Source: Anaerolineales bacterium UBA4826 (GTDB lineage Bacteria > Chloroflexota > Anaerolineae > UBA4142). From it: a DNA stretch of 40,002 nt. The first letter of the stretch is position 1. Every line of letters begins with the position of its first letter. Below, in pieces: positions 1 to 10,500 of this stretch. The translations under genes were made by a program, and so were the position numbers. The notes below the pieces were generated by a model. It searched no databases. It had not been told where the DNA came from and was given only the letters and a program-made list of their open reading frames with translations. The DNA is taken from the NCBI GenBank assembly GCA_002400365.1, contig DHFK01000008.1, positions 6,693-46,694 on the forward strand, given 5' to 3'.

Positions 1-2256
1 AATCGTTACTTTAACCTCAATGCCGAAGCGTTTGCCCGGCGCGGTTTCCCCAAAGGACCCAGCGATTCAGAAACCTACTCGCCGCCGATCCCGGCGAGCG
101 GCAGGCACGTCAGCGGTCGTATGGTGGACGCATCCACGATCAAGCCGCGCATCCCCTGGGTGATCCTCGGCAATTACAACTCGAACGGTTACCGCGCTGT
201 CGTCGCGGAAGAAGACAAAGCGCGCTTTGCGTTGTCGAACCGCAACCTCATTCAAGACGATGTGATCTTGCCGCTGTACGACGAGACCAATCCCAAGAGA
301 GTGCTTGCCTACAACCTCGAACCGCAATTTCCGGCGGACACGATTTTTGAGCGCCAAAACATTCCGTGGGATTACACCCGAGGCGAACTGGCGATCCAGG
401 TGACCGCGCCGAATGGCAAGACGACTGACTTGGGGACCGCGCCGTTCGTCGGCAAAGCCGGGCGCTGGCTCACAACGCGCAATCCGAAATTCACACAGTG
501 GCAGCCGCCGCTGTACGGACAGTACACTGTCAAAGCGACCGGCTGGATCGTGGACAAGTGGGGCAATCGGTACGCCGGCGGCGGCACGTACAAATTCTGG
601 ATCGCGAAACGCATGACGCTCGCCACCGCGACCTTCCAGGGGCAAGCGTACCCGGTCGGCAATCGCTATGGACGCGACATTGGTTTCTCGCCTGCGGTGC
701 CGGCGGATGTCGTCGTGACCGCGACGCTGTACGTCAATTCCGATCCGAAGAACGCCAGGACGATTACGTACACCGGCAAAGCATCGTCCGGCGGAATTTT
801 CGGCGCGGCGCAGGGGATGAAACCGCTGGTCTTTGACGCGCCCGGCGAATACCACGCGCAAGTGCTGGCAACGTACACCGACGCCGACGGACACCTCTGG
901 GTCGAGTCCATGCGCCATGCCGGCGTCGTCTATCCCGAAGACAGTCCGATTGTCGCGCACGGCAAGAAACTAAAGGTCAGAGGCAAGTTGGTGGATCGCG
1001 GCGAAACCAATTTTGAGGGTTGGCACAACCTCCAAACGGACGAAATGCAACTCGATCACATCAACTTTCCGTACCAGTCGGGTGACGTCCTGCTGATCGC
1101 AAGCGAAGGACAGGGCGCGAACAAGATCGAGCCGGTCTTGACGTGGGACAACAAGAGCGCGCCGCTGACCTACGACCCCGCGTGGCAAGTCATCGGCGCG
1201 ACGAACGTGCGGCTGCAAACGTCGAATGGGTACTCGCCGCACTTGTTCCCGGAGTACATCACCGATTGGATGTACTATTACGCCGCCGCGCCGCGCCCTG
1301 GCTTTATGGGCCGCTTTCTCGTCGGCGAGGACGGGACGCGCGCGCCGTACTGGCCCACCAGTCTCAACAATTTCGGCGGACAGATCAACGCGACGAGCAA
1401 TGGCGATGCGCCGGGCGACATTTACCGCTTGATCGGCGGCGTCGTGATCCGCAAGCAAGATCAGACGCCGTTGTACGCCGGCTACATGGCAAACGCGTTC
1501 ATCTTGCCGAAAGGTTCGCAGAACAACCGCGTGATCGCGCCCGGTTCGGAGGAGCTCATCGGTTCGACCGGCGAAAAGGCGCGCGTCTTTCTCGCGATGA
1601 ACGCGCGCCCGGGCATGGTGTACGACGCTGGCACAACCTTCGTTCCCGCGTTTCAAATTGATCCGATGGTGCCAGTGAACATGACCTTCACACTGTATTA
1701 TCCAGACGGTCGTCAAGTGGTCGCGCAAGGTGTCGGCGACGCGACCGGCGCGTGGGCAGGTAAGGATCGCTGGACCCTCGACGTGCCCGGGGTGTATCGG
1801 TACACCGTTGACGGAGAATGGAACGGGTACAAGGCGCGCGTCCCCGGCTTGCCGAAGGAGGGCGGCGAGTTTTACGTCATCGAAAAGGATCGTCCGGCTG
1901 GCGCGCCGGGCATTGTGTTCAATTTGCCGCCGCTTTCCAAGTTCGATCCGGCGAAAGGGACGAAATTCACCGGCGCAAGCACGGCGAAAACGATCAACTA
2001 TGCCGTCATCATTCCCGGCGCGGTGTTGGCGCAAGGCACATTGCCGGTGACCAACGGCAAATTCGAATTCGTCTTCGACCCTGCCGCGCTCCACCAACTC
2101 GCGCCGACGTACGACACGACGAACAACGTCACCGGCAAGCCGGAACTCGGCGATGTGGTGCACCTCACCTTCTTCTCGGAAGAAACATCGCCGACGGTCT
2201 ATCACTCGTTCGTGCGCTTGATTATCCGGGGCAACACGGTGAACTATACGCGGTAG
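1..2256 (+). CDS. Large hypothetical protein, 5' end outside window (>=751 aa), probably extracytoplasmic
   Basis: Frame 1 is open from base 1 (NRYFNLNAEAF...) through the 711-aa ORF to TAG 2254-2256. Typical GC3-rich codons; G/T/P/Y/W-rich, beta-type composition; no motif recognised. Confidence 0.85.
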   Translation, partial: NRYFNLNAEAFARRGFPKGPSDSETYSPPIPASGRHVSGRMVDASTIKPRIPWVILGNYNSNGYRAVVAEEDKARFALSNRNLIQDDVILPLYDETNPKRVLAYNLEPQFPADTIFERQNIPWDYTRGELAIQVTAPNGKTTDLGTAPFVGKAGRWLTTRNPKFTQWQPPLYGQYTVKATGWIVDKWGNRYAGGGTYKFWIAKRMTLATATFQGQAYPVGNRYGRDIGFSPAVPADVVVTATLYVNSDPKNARTITYTGKASSGGIFGAAQGMKPLVFDAPGEYHAQVLATYTDADGHLWVESMRHAGVVYPEDSPIVAHGKKLKVRGKLVDRGETNFEGWHNLQTDEMQLDHINFPYQSGDVLLIASEGQGANKIEPVLTWDNKSAPLTYDPAWQVIGATNVRLQTSNGYSPHLFPEYITDWMYYYAAAPRPGFMGRFLVGEDGTRAPYWPTSLNNFGGQINATSNGDAPGDIYRLIGGVVIRKQDQTPLYAGYMANAFILPKGSQNNRVIAPGSEELIGSTGEKARVFLAMNARPGMVYDAGTTFVPAFQIDPMVPVNMTFTLYYPDGRQVVAQGVGDATGAWAGKDRWTLDVPGVYRYTVDGEWNGYKARVPGLPKEGGEFYVIEKDRPAGAPGIVFNLPPLSKFDPAKGTKFTGASTAKTINYAVIIPGAVLAQGTLPVTNGKFEFVFDPAALHQLAPTYDTTNNVTGKPELGDVVHLTFFSEETSPTVYHSFVRLIIRGNTVNYTR

Positions 2257-2260
2257 AGGA

Positions 2261-2288
2261 GTAGGGCAAATTTACAAATTTGCCCTAC
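2261..2288. repeat. GTAG-type REP-like perfect palindrome
   Basis: GTAGGGCAAATTT-ac-AAATTTGCCCTAC: 13-bp perfect inverted repeat 4 nt after a stop codon, with GTAG/CTAC ends. Confidence 0.75.
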
Positions 2289-2290
2289 AC

Positions 2291-2344
2291 TTTACAAGGA
2301 GTTTGCAGCGTTCTCATCTGCGCCTCATCTAAAAGGTAGAGAAT
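2291..2344 (+). promoter_or_regulatory. Putative winged-helix (OmpR/SARP-type) regulated promoter of the lipoprotein hydrolase operon
   Basis: CTCATCT-N4-CTCATCT (2313-2319, 2324-2330), with TTTACAA (2291) and TTTGCAG (2302) on the same 11-bp period; 8 nt later a -10-like GAGAAT (2339-2344); RBS GGAGG before ATG 2364. Confidence 0.5.
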
Positions 2345-2363
2345 GTGAGCAACGGAGGCAACC

Positions 2364-4013
2364 ATGCAAAGACATTTGATTTCACCGCTCCTCGCGCTCG
2401 TTGCTCTAACCTGGCTTGCCGCGTGCGCCGCGCCAACCCCATTGCCAGCCGCAGCCAATGCCAACGCGGTCGCCAGCGCGCCAACCACCCAACCACCTAA
2501 CCACCCAACCACCCAATCACCCAACCACCCAACCGCCCAACCACCCAACCTCCTCTTCATCCTCGCCGACGACCTGGACGTCGCGGCAATCGCGTTCATG
2601 CCCAAACTGCAAGCGCTGCTGGTTCAGCAAGGCACGTCGTTCGCCAACTTTATCGTGAACGTGTCGCTGTGCTGTCCCTCGCGCGCGACGACGCTGCGCG
2701 GGCAGTATTCGCAGAACACGAGCATTTTCGGCAACGCGCCGCCGGATGGCGGGTACAGGGTATTTCACGACAACGGCGACGAAGCGTCCACCATCGCCGT
2801 CTGGCTGCACGACGCGGGCTATCGCACTATGCTCGCCGGCAAGTATCTGAACGGCTACCCCGACGGCATTGACAGAACCTTCATCCCGCCGGGCTGGACT
2901 GAATGGTACAGCGCAGTCAAGGGTAACGCGTACGGCGAGTTCAACTATACGCTCAACGAGAACGGCACGTTGGTGGATTACGGCAAAAAGCCGGAAGACT
3001 ATGGCACAGACGTCTACGCGCGCAAGACGATTGACTTTATCGAGCGCAGCGCGCAAGAAGGCAAGCCGTTCTTCGCCTACGTCGCGCCGTACGCGCCGCA
3101 CAGTCCGTCCACGCCCGCGCCGCGCCACGCGAACCTTTTCCCGGATGTCCAAGCGCCGCGCACGCCGGATTTCAACGAAGCCGATGTGAGCGACAAGCCA
3201 GCATACATTCGCAATCGTCCGCGCTTGACCGACAAGCAGATCAAGGCCATTGACGACGAGTATCGCAAGCGGTTGCAATCGCTGCAAGCCGTGGATGAAA
3301 TGATCGGCAACTTGGTTGACACACTCAAAGCGACCGGGCAACTCGACAACACCTACATCTTTTTCAGTTCCGATAACGGCTTTCACCTCGGCAACCATCG
3401 GCTCGCTACCGGCAAGGTTGCGCCGTATGAGGTGGACATTCGCGTCCCGCTCGTCGTGCGCGGACCCGGCGTGCCCGCCGGCGTGACGCTCGATCACCTC
3501 GCCGGCAACGTGGACTATGCACCAACCTGGGCGGATCTCGCGGGCATCAAGCCGCCGGATTTCGTGGACGGTCGTTCGCTCGTGCCGCTGCTGAAAAGCA
3601 ATCCGCCCGCGCTCGATCAGTGGCGCACCGGCTACCTCATTCAGCACGGCGATCCAACCAAAGGCGCCGCGGCGGCGGACGATGCAGCGATGACGTACCA
3701 AGTACCGGCAGACATGGTCGGTTTGTTGGAGCCGCCCGACGGTTTGCCGGCAGAGGTTGCCGGCGATCTCCACCAACGCCAACTCGGCATCACGACCTAT
3801 CAGGGGATTCGCACACAGTCCTACACCTACGTCGAATACACGACCGGCGAGAAGGAACTGTACGATCTGCGGAGCGACCCGTATCAACTCACCAACATCG
3901 CGTCCAGCGCGAAACCTGAACTGCTCAAGGAACTCGCCGCGCATTTGCGCGAACTGGAGAAATGCTCCGGCGCAAGTTGTCGCATCGCGGACAGCAAGCC
4001 ATTCACCAAGTAA
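2364..4013 (+). CDS. Formylglycine-dependent sulfatase lipoprotein (N-acetylglucosamine-6-sulfatase-like)
   Basis: Lipobox LAAC; PNLLFILADDL; catalytic CxPxR motif SLCCPSRATTLRGQY; GKYLNGY; SSDNGFHLG; ELYDLRSDPYQLTN. Confidence 0.92.
   Translation: MQRHLISPLLALVALTWLAACAAPTPLPAAANANAVASAPTTQPPNHPTTQSPNHPTAQPPNLLFILADDLDVAAIAFMPKLQALLVQQGTSFANFIVNVSLCCPSRATTLRGQYSQNTSIFGNAPPDGGYRVFHDNGDEASTIAVWLHDAGYRTMLAGKYLNGYPDGIDRTFIPPGWTEWYSAVKGNAYGEFNYTLNENGTLVDYGKKPEDYGTDVYARKTIDFIERSAQEGKPFFAYVAPYAPHSPSTPAPRHANLFPDVQAPRTPDFNEADVSDKPAYIRNRPRLTDKQIKAIDDEYRKRLQSLQAVDEMIGNLVDTLKATGQLDNTYIFFSSDNGFHLGNHRLATGKVAPYEVDIRVPLVVRGPGVPAGVTLDHLAGNVDYAPTWADLAGIKPPDFVDGRSLVPLLKSNPPALDQWRTGYLIQHGDPTKGAAAADDAAMTYQVPADMVGLLEPPDGLPAEVAGDLHQRQLGITTYQGIRTQSYTYVEYTTGEKELYDLRSDPYQLTNIASSAKPELLKELAAHLRELEKCSGASCRIADSKPFTK
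2481..2550 (+). repeat. Octamer tandem repeat (CCAACCAC) x ~9 in the sulfatase linker
   Basis: 8.75 copies with single-base variants; encodes PTTQPPNHPTTQSPNHPTAQPPN. Confidence 0.95.
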
Positions 4014-4069
4014 AAGATGAAGGCAGAAGGATGAAGTAAGAGCGTTTTCATCTTTCCGCCTTCTGCCTT
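4014..4069. repeat. Inverted pair of heptamer tandem arrays (GGATGAA/GGCAGAA family)
   Basis: AAGATGAAGGCAGAAGGATGAA ... TTCATCTTTCCGCCTTCTGCCTT, intergenic, directly after the sulfatase stop. Confidence 0.85.
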
Positions 4070-4088
4070 GGGTTACCTGGAGGTCCCC

Positions 4089-6365
4089 ATGAATCGCACA
4101 CTCAGTTTGCTGGCTACCATCGCAACCCTGGTCGCCGCTTGCGCGCCCTCGACGCCCCCTGCGCCTATCGCGACGATGCGCCCAGCCGACACTCCTCTGG
4201 CTTTTCGACCACAGCCGCTGGCAGACGCGCCACAACCTCTCCCCGGCGGACCCTACACCCATCAAGTCCAGAGCGCAACGAGCGCGGATGGCTTGACGTG
4301 GGCGTTGGACAATCGCGTGTTGATCGAGCACGCATCGGTGCCAGCAGCCATCGTCACACCCGAGGGCAAGATTCGATTGTACTATGTGGACGCGTCGAAA
4401 ACGCCGGAGAATGTGAACTGCGCCGAGTCGCCGGACGGCGGCGCGACCTTTAGCGTGCTGAACTGCACCATTGCGAATCGCGCCGGCGACAAGGCGGTTG
4501 ACCCCAGCATCGTCCGCCTGTCCGATGGACGGTATCGGCTGTACTATTACGCGGTCACCGGCAGAATTGACGCGACGAGCCAGCACGCGATCTACAGCGC
4601 GGTCTCGACCGACGGCGTTCGTTTTACGCAAGAGAAAAAGGTGTTCGAGTATGCCGGCGCGGTTGACCCGGATGTGTTTTGGACCGGCGCAGAGTGGTTG
4701 ATGTACGTCTTTGCGTCCCAAGAGAACCGGACGATCATCGCGCGCAGCGGCGACGGACTGGATTTCGAGTACGCCGGTCCATTGGGGCTACGCAACTGGG
4801 GCACAACCGCGCCGATCAAACTCGCCGATGGACGATTTCGGTTGTACGGCTTTAAGCAGCCGGAGATGAACGTCGTCGGCAGTTTCATATCGAGCGACGC
4901 GTTGAATTGGACGCAGGAAAGCGGCACGCGTCTCACTGTGCCCGCCGGTCAACAAATCACTGATCCGTTCGTCGTCCGTCTGCCGGACGGTCTGTGGAAG
5001 ATGTATTTCAAAGTCCAGGGCGATGCCCCGGTCTACCAAGCGCAACCGCCGACGACGAATGTGCCGCGCGCCATGGTCACCATCGCGATCGGCGCGCCGC
5101 TGGCTGGCAAAACGATCCAGCCGCTGCTCGGCGTGAACATCGGACCGATTCCCTCCGGCGAGTCCGGCAATGCCGATGTCACCAATGGGTACCGGCAAAT
5201 CGGCGTGAACCTGGTGCGCACGCACGACTTTTACGGACCGCTCGACATGTCCACGCTCTATCCCGACCGCACGCGCGATCCGGCGGTTCCGCAATCGTAC
5301 GACTTTGCCGCGAGTGATCCGGTCTGGCAAGCGATGGTTGACGGCGGCTTTGAGCCGTACTTTCGTCTCGGCGATTCGTGGAACAATGCCCAGCCGCCTG
5401 CCAACGCGTCAGAGCGCGCGAACTGGGTCAAGGCGGCCGTCCAGGTGATCCGCCATTATCGCGAGGGCAAGTGGAATGGCTTCAAGACCAAATTCCGCTA
5501 CGTCGAAATCTGGAACGAGCCGGACAATCAACAATTCTGGCAAAAGCCGCACACGCCCGCCGAGTTCTTTCAACTTTTCGCCGAGACGGCGCGCGCGCTC
5601 AAGCAAGCGTTTCCGGATTTGCAGGTTGGGGGACCGGGATTGACGCCGGCGGGCGCGCTCGCGCCGGCAGGGAATAAATATACGCAGGATTTCCTCGACT
5701 ATATGCAAAAGAACAACGTGCCGCTCGATTTCTTCTCGTGGCATATTTACTCGAACGATCCGAACGATTACGCGAATGCCGCCGCGTTCTATCGCGCCGC
5801 GCTCGATCGTCACGGCTACCAGGGAGCGGCGAGTCACATCACAGAATGGAACACCGAGACCAAGCGCGACGCGAAGGATGCGCTCGCGCTGCGCGCGGGC
5901 GGCAAAGGCGCGGCGATTCTCACCGCAGCCTGGATCAATCTGCAAGAACAAAATGTCGCCGCCTCGTTGATCTATCGCGGCACCGACCCCTCCATCCGCA
6001 CGCCAGAGTTTTATGGGATTTTCTACGCCGACGGCAAACCCAAGCGCGTCGCGCTCGCCTTTTCACTTTGGTCGAAACTGGTCGCGCATCCCAACCGCTT
6101 GAGCGTCACCGCCAGTTCTTCGCCGACTCTGCGCGTGCTCGCCGGTCAGAACGATGCCGGCGAGATCGCGCTTTTGGTTGCGAATCCAACCGATGCGGCG
6201 ACCACCTGGCGCGTCAACCTATCCGATGGCCGCCGCCTCGCGGATTTCAAAGCGACCTTGTGGCAGGTCAACGATGCCAGCGATCAGATTCAAATGGTCG
6301 CGCTCAGCGGAGCGACGGTCAATATCGCTGCGAATACGGTGCAACTGTTGGTTCTCAGTCGTTAG
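4089..6365 (+). CDS. Lipoprotein: N-terminal Asp-box beta-propeller fused to a GH39-like (clan GH-A) glycoside hydrolase
   Basis: ATG 4089 after GGAGG; lipobox VAAC; SxDG Asp-boxes (SADGLTW, SPDGGATF, STDGVRF, SGDGLDF); clan GH-A acid/base YVEIWNEPD; DFFSWHIY; nucleophile region HITEWN. Confidence 0.82.
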   Translation: MNRTLSLLATIATLVAACAPSTPPAPIATMRPADTPLAFRPQPLADAPQPLPGGPYTHQVQSATSADGLTWALDNRVLIEHASVPAAIVTPEGKIRLYYVDASKTPENVNCAESPDGGATFSVLNCTIANRAGDKAVDPSIVRLSDGRYRLYYYAVTGRIDATSQHAIYSAVSTDGVRFTQEKKVFEYAGAVDPDVFWTGAEWLMYVFASQENRTIIARSGDGLDFEYAGPLGLRNWGTTAPIKLADGRFRLYGFKQPEMNVVGSFISSDALNWTQESGTRLTVPAGQQITDPFVVRLPDGLWKMYFKVQGDAPVYQAQPPTTNVPRAMVTIAIGAPLAGKTIQPLLGVNIGPIPSGESGNADVTNGYRQIGVNLVRTHDFYGPLDMSTLYPDRTRDPAVPQSYDFAASDPVWQAMVDGGFEPYFRLGDSWNNAQPPANASERANWVKAAVQVIRHYREGKWNGFKTKFRYVEIWNEPDNQQFWQKPHTPAEFFQLFAETARALKQAFPDLQVGGPGLTPAGALAPAGNKYTQDFLDYMQKNNVPLDFFSWHIYSNDPNDYANAAAFYRAALDRHGYQGAASHITEWNTETKRDAKDALALRAGGKGAAILTAAWINLQEQNVAASLIYRGTDPSIRTPEFYGIFYADGKPKRVALAFSLWSKLVAHPNRLSVTASSSPTLRVLAGQNDAGEIALLVANPTDAATTWRVNLSDGRRLADFKATLWQVNDASDQIQMVALSGATVNIAANTVQLLVLSR

Positions 6366-6374
6366 GTTCTCCTG

Positions 6375-6526
6375 AACTTTGCGCGGGTTGGCTGCCAAGC
6401 ATCGTCGGCGCGGGATCAACCTACACAAGGTTTCAGACCGGAGTTGTTCGTCCGCCGTTGGCGCACCAGCGGTCGGATGAACTTTGCCATAGAGAACGCC
6501 GAGAAAAACTCCATGTCCTCTATGGC
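6375..6526. repeat. Cluster of REP-like hairpins in intergenic spacer
   Basis: Degenerate AACCTT..AAGGTT pair (6375-6389, 6418-6432); hairpin 6446-6482; hairpin GCCATAGAG...CTCTATGGC 6486-6526. Confidence 0.55.
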
Positions 6527-6545
6527 TATTTTCGAGGGGAGTTCT

Positions 6546-7586
6546 ATGCTGAAACACCGCACATTCATTCTGCTCGGGCTCGCAGGCGCGCTCGCGGCTT
6601 GCGCTCCGACGCCGACGCTACCTGCGCCGACAATGGAGCGCGCCTTGCCACCACCGCAACTTACGCGACCATCGTTGCCCACGAAACCGAGTCAAGCGCT
6701 CTCACCCCTACCGCGTCCGACGGAGGCGCGACCCGCGCCGACCAAAGCCGCGCCTCCAACAACGGCGACACCCGCGCAAGTCATCGCGTCGCCGCAATCC
6801 GCCGGCGCGGCGGACACGTATTGGGTGACGAATCCGACGACCGGCGCGCGACTGTACACGCAAGTCGTTTCGCCCAAGAACGCGAGCGGCAAACTGCCCG
6901 CGCTCGTCCTCGTGCCAGGCGGCATTGGCTGGGGCGGCAATTTCCTCGACCCGCCGAACAAGGCGCAGCAACTCGCCGACGCCGGGTTCGTCGTGGTCTT
7001 GTTCGATCCGGATGGACGCGGCAAGAGTGGCGGCGCAGAAGACCTTGGTGGATACGCACATCAAGACGGGCTCGCCGCCGTCGTTCGCTTTGCCGCGAGC
7101 CTGCTCAACGCGGACGCGCAAAAGATCGGTCTCGTGACGTACTCGTACGGCATCACGATGGGCAGCGGCGTGCTGGCGCGCTACCCGGAATTGCCCGTCA
7201 AATTCCTGATTGACTGGGAAGGTCCAGCGGATCGCAACTATACGACACCCCGGTGCAGCGCCAATCGCCCCAGCGGAATTCAGTGGCAGCCCTGCAGCGA
7301 CAATACGTGGTGGGCGGAGCGCGAAGCGGTGAATTTCATCGGCAAGATTCACGTGCCGTACCAGCGCATCCAATCCGAAAAGGATCACGTGCAGCCCTCC
7401 AACGCGCACGCGGTTGACATGATCAACGCGGCGGTCAAGGGCGGCGTGCCGTCCGTGCGCCTGAACGATTACCCGCCGAACCAGACGTACGACCCGCAAG
7501 CGCCGCCGCAAATGCTGCCCGAATCGCAGGACAAGCAATTGGAGCAACGCATCGCCAAGACCGCGCACGAGTTGTTTGCCAAGTAA
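6546..7586 (+). CDS. Alpha/beta-hydrolase lipoprotein
   Basis: ATG 6546 after GAGGGG; lipobox LAAC; Pro/Thr linker; ALVLVPGG; FDPDGRGKSGG; nucleophile elbow variant TYSYG; EKDH...HA acid/His region. Confidence 0.82.
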   Translation: MLKHRTFILLGLAGALAACAPTPTLPAPTMERALPPPQLTRPSLPTKPSQALSPLPRPTEARPAPTKAAPPTTATPAQVIASPQSAGAADTYWVTNPTTGARLYTQVVSPKNASGKLPALVLVPGGIGWGGNFLDPPNKAQQLADAGFVVVLFDPDGRGKSGGAEDLGGYAHQDGLAAVVRFAASLLNADAQKIGLVTYSYGITMGSGVLARYPELPVKFLIDWEGPADRNYTTPRCSANRPSGIQWQPCSDNTWWAEREAVNFIGKIHVPYQRIQSEKDHVQPSNAHAVDMINAAVKGGVPSVRLNDYPPNQTYDPQAPPQMLPESQDKQLEQRIAKTAHELFAK

Positions 7587-7599
7587 GCCCGGGGGCATT

Positions 7600-10500
7600 T
7601 CATCTCAGTATCTCTTCCGCCGCTTGATCCAATCGCATGGCACTGCCTCTTGCAATGGCGGCGGCGAAGACATCGGCGGGCAGTTGACGCTCCAGTTTGG
7701 ACAGAAGACACTGCGCCTTGGCTCTCGTCGGCGCATTGCTCGCGCGATGAGCGAGAACGAGTCCAAGCAGTTCGGCGGCATGTTCCGGCGCGCCTTCGTT
7801 CGTCAAGAGCGTGCCAGCCCCTGCCAACGCATCCAACGCCAGGGAGACCGCCGACGTCCCCAATGCGAGCGTGAGCGCGGCGCGGTAGTGCTCCCTCGAT
7901 GCTGCGGACTCTCCCAGGGCTATAGCCACCTCGCCCAAGCCCACCATCAAGTCCGCTTCGATCCATGAATCGCCCACGTGGCCCCGCAGCGCGAGTCCTT
8001 CTTGGTACAGCGCTCTGGCTTGTTCCTCGTCGCGCGCACGGAACGTCAGCCGCGCCAAGCCCGGGAGCGACCATGCGAGTCCGGCGCGGTAACCGATCTC
8101 TCTGAAGACAGCCACGCTCTCTTGATAAAGTTGTCGGGCTTGGGACTCATCGCCCAACACCTCCGCTACGCGCGCCAGATCGGCGACGATATTCCCGATG
8201 GCTTTGCGCGCCCCGATCTCTCTAAAGATCGCAAGGCTCTCGTCACAGCAGCTCTTTGCCTCGGCATACTCCCCGCAGGCGTACTTGATCAGTCCTAGAT
8301 CGCCCTTCAAGAGTCCTATCCCCCATCGGTGACCGATCTCCTCGCAGATCTCCAGCGCAGCGTGAATCCGTCCTTGGGCTTGCGCGTACTCACCCTTTCT
8401 CATAGCCGTCTCACACAGATTGGACAGGGGAGTCAATAATCCCCTCCGGTCGCCAATCTTTTGAAAAATGGCGATGCTCTCCTGGTAGAACCTTTCAGCC
8501 TCCGTGGGATCCTCAATCTCGGCAACGACTCCTAATCCATTCAGCGCCAGCGCCTGACCGTACTGATCTCCAATCTCACCATAAATCTTTAGACTGGCTG
8601 CATACAATTGGCGCGCATCAGCCCCGGCGTCCCATTCATAAGCAATACGGCCCAAGCCACAAAGCGCAAAAGCCATTTCGGCTTTGGCATCGTGGTCGCG
8701 AGAAATAGCCAAACTTTCGCCAAGGAGCGTGCGCGCGTGCTGATACAAGCCGCGCCGCGCGGCGAACCAGCCCTGTCGCGCCAAGAGTCGTGCGACCAGC
8801 AAATCCGTCCCTCTGCCCGCGGCGCGCAGCGCTTCGATCGCATGGCTGAAGGTTAGTTCGCCTTCCTGAAGCCACGCTTGGCGTTCATAAAACACGTACA
8901 AGCCTTCCAACATCGCGCCGATTTCAGACTGCTTTTCCTGGCTGACAGCCCAGCGCCATCCCGCGCGGATATTCTCAATCTCTCGGGCGACTGCGTCCCA
9001 TGTCTCTTTCTGCTCTGCGCTTCGCATCGGCTTTTCTCTCTGCTGGAGAAACTCGGCATAGTACGCGCCGTGACGATCGTGCGCGCGGGCATGTTCCTCC
9101 GGCAGCGCCGCGAGTTGCTCCTGCGCGTACTGCCGCACGAGTTCGTGCATGTCATAGCGCCCCGCGGGGCTCCGCCGTAGCAGTGACTTGTCCACCAACG
9201 CAGTTAACACGTGATCAGTGAACAGTGAACAGTAATCAGTAACCGGTGAACGCTGCTGACTGTCCACTGCTAACTGATCACTGATTACTGTGCCCGCTGC
9301 TTCCGCACTAAATCCGCCGCGAAACACCGACAACCGCTTGAACGCGCGGCGCTCCTCCTCCGACAGCAACCTCCACGAATGGTCGAACACGACGCGCAAG
9401 TTGCGATGCTTGGCGGGCGCATCGCGCAGCGGCGATTGGAGGAAATCCAGACCGCGCGCGATCTCTCCGCCAATGTCGCGGCACGGCATCGCGCGCACCC
9501 ACGCCGCCGCGATTTCGATCGCCAGCGGCATCCCCTCGACCAACTGACAGACGCGCACGATAGAGGACACCTCGTCTTCAAATGAGAAATGCGGTTGCAC
9601 GCGCCGCGCGGTCTGATCGAACAACTGCACCGCGCTGAAGGATGAAATACTTGCGGTTTCATCCTTCATCCTTCCGCCCTCATCCTTCGGCAAGTCCAGC
9701 CCCTCCACCTCGAACACGCGCTCCCACTGCGAATTCAAGCGCTCCCGTGAGGTCGCCAGGATTTTCACGTCCGGCGCATGTTGCAGGATTTCTGTAACGA
9801 GTGTCACGCCGTCGAGGAGATGCTCAAAGTTATCCATTATCAGCAGCATTTCTTTCTCGCGGAGATAGCCGAGTAGTTGCGCCTTGGGATCGGCTCGACC
9901 GGAAAAAGAAAAATGGAGCGCATCGGCAATTGTGGAAACAAGAGGCTCAGGGGAACCAAGCGCGGCGAGGGGAACGAAAAAGACGCCGTGCAGAAATTCG
10001 GGCAGCGCTTCTTTTGCCGCTTGGAGTGCCAATCGCGTCTTGCCGATGCCTCCCGACCCGACCAACGTGAGCAATCGGCAATCTGGATGCGCGACCAGTC
10101 TCGCAATCTCCGCGAGTTCTGCCACGCGTCCGACAAACGGCGTCGGTTGCGGCGGCAGGTCCGGCGCGGGCATGCCTTCCGCCGCGCGGAGGCGTTCGGA
10201 CAGCCCCGTCGTTTCTGCGGACGGCGCGACTGAGAGTTCGGCGCGCAAAACGCGGCGGCAGATTGCGTACTGTGCCAGGGCGGCGCTGCGTTGGCCGCTG
10301 CGCGCGAGCAAATGCATCAACTGCCGATGCGTTTCCTCGCGCCACGGCTCCAGTTCCAGCAAGCGGCGCGCGTGCGCGATTCCTGCCGCGTAGCCCGCGC
10401 GTCCCCACGCGACCGCTTCGGCAATCAGGCGCGTCAGTATCTCGCTGGCGAGATTGCGCAACCGCGCGCGTTCTACCACCACCCACACTTCGAACTCTGG

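Noticed and set aside
2517-4721. 734-aa minus-strand ORF, and similar long shadow ORFs (67-960, 970-2205, 5738-7213, 24184-25275, 30455-31564)
   Set aside because: They overlap well-supported genes, are Arg/Ala-rich without motifs, and are expected from stop-codon scarcity in GC-rich DNA.
6546-6570. Tat signal in the alpha/beta-hydrolase (LKHRTFI)
   Set aside because: It lacks the twin arginine; a Sec lipoprotein signal explains it adequately.
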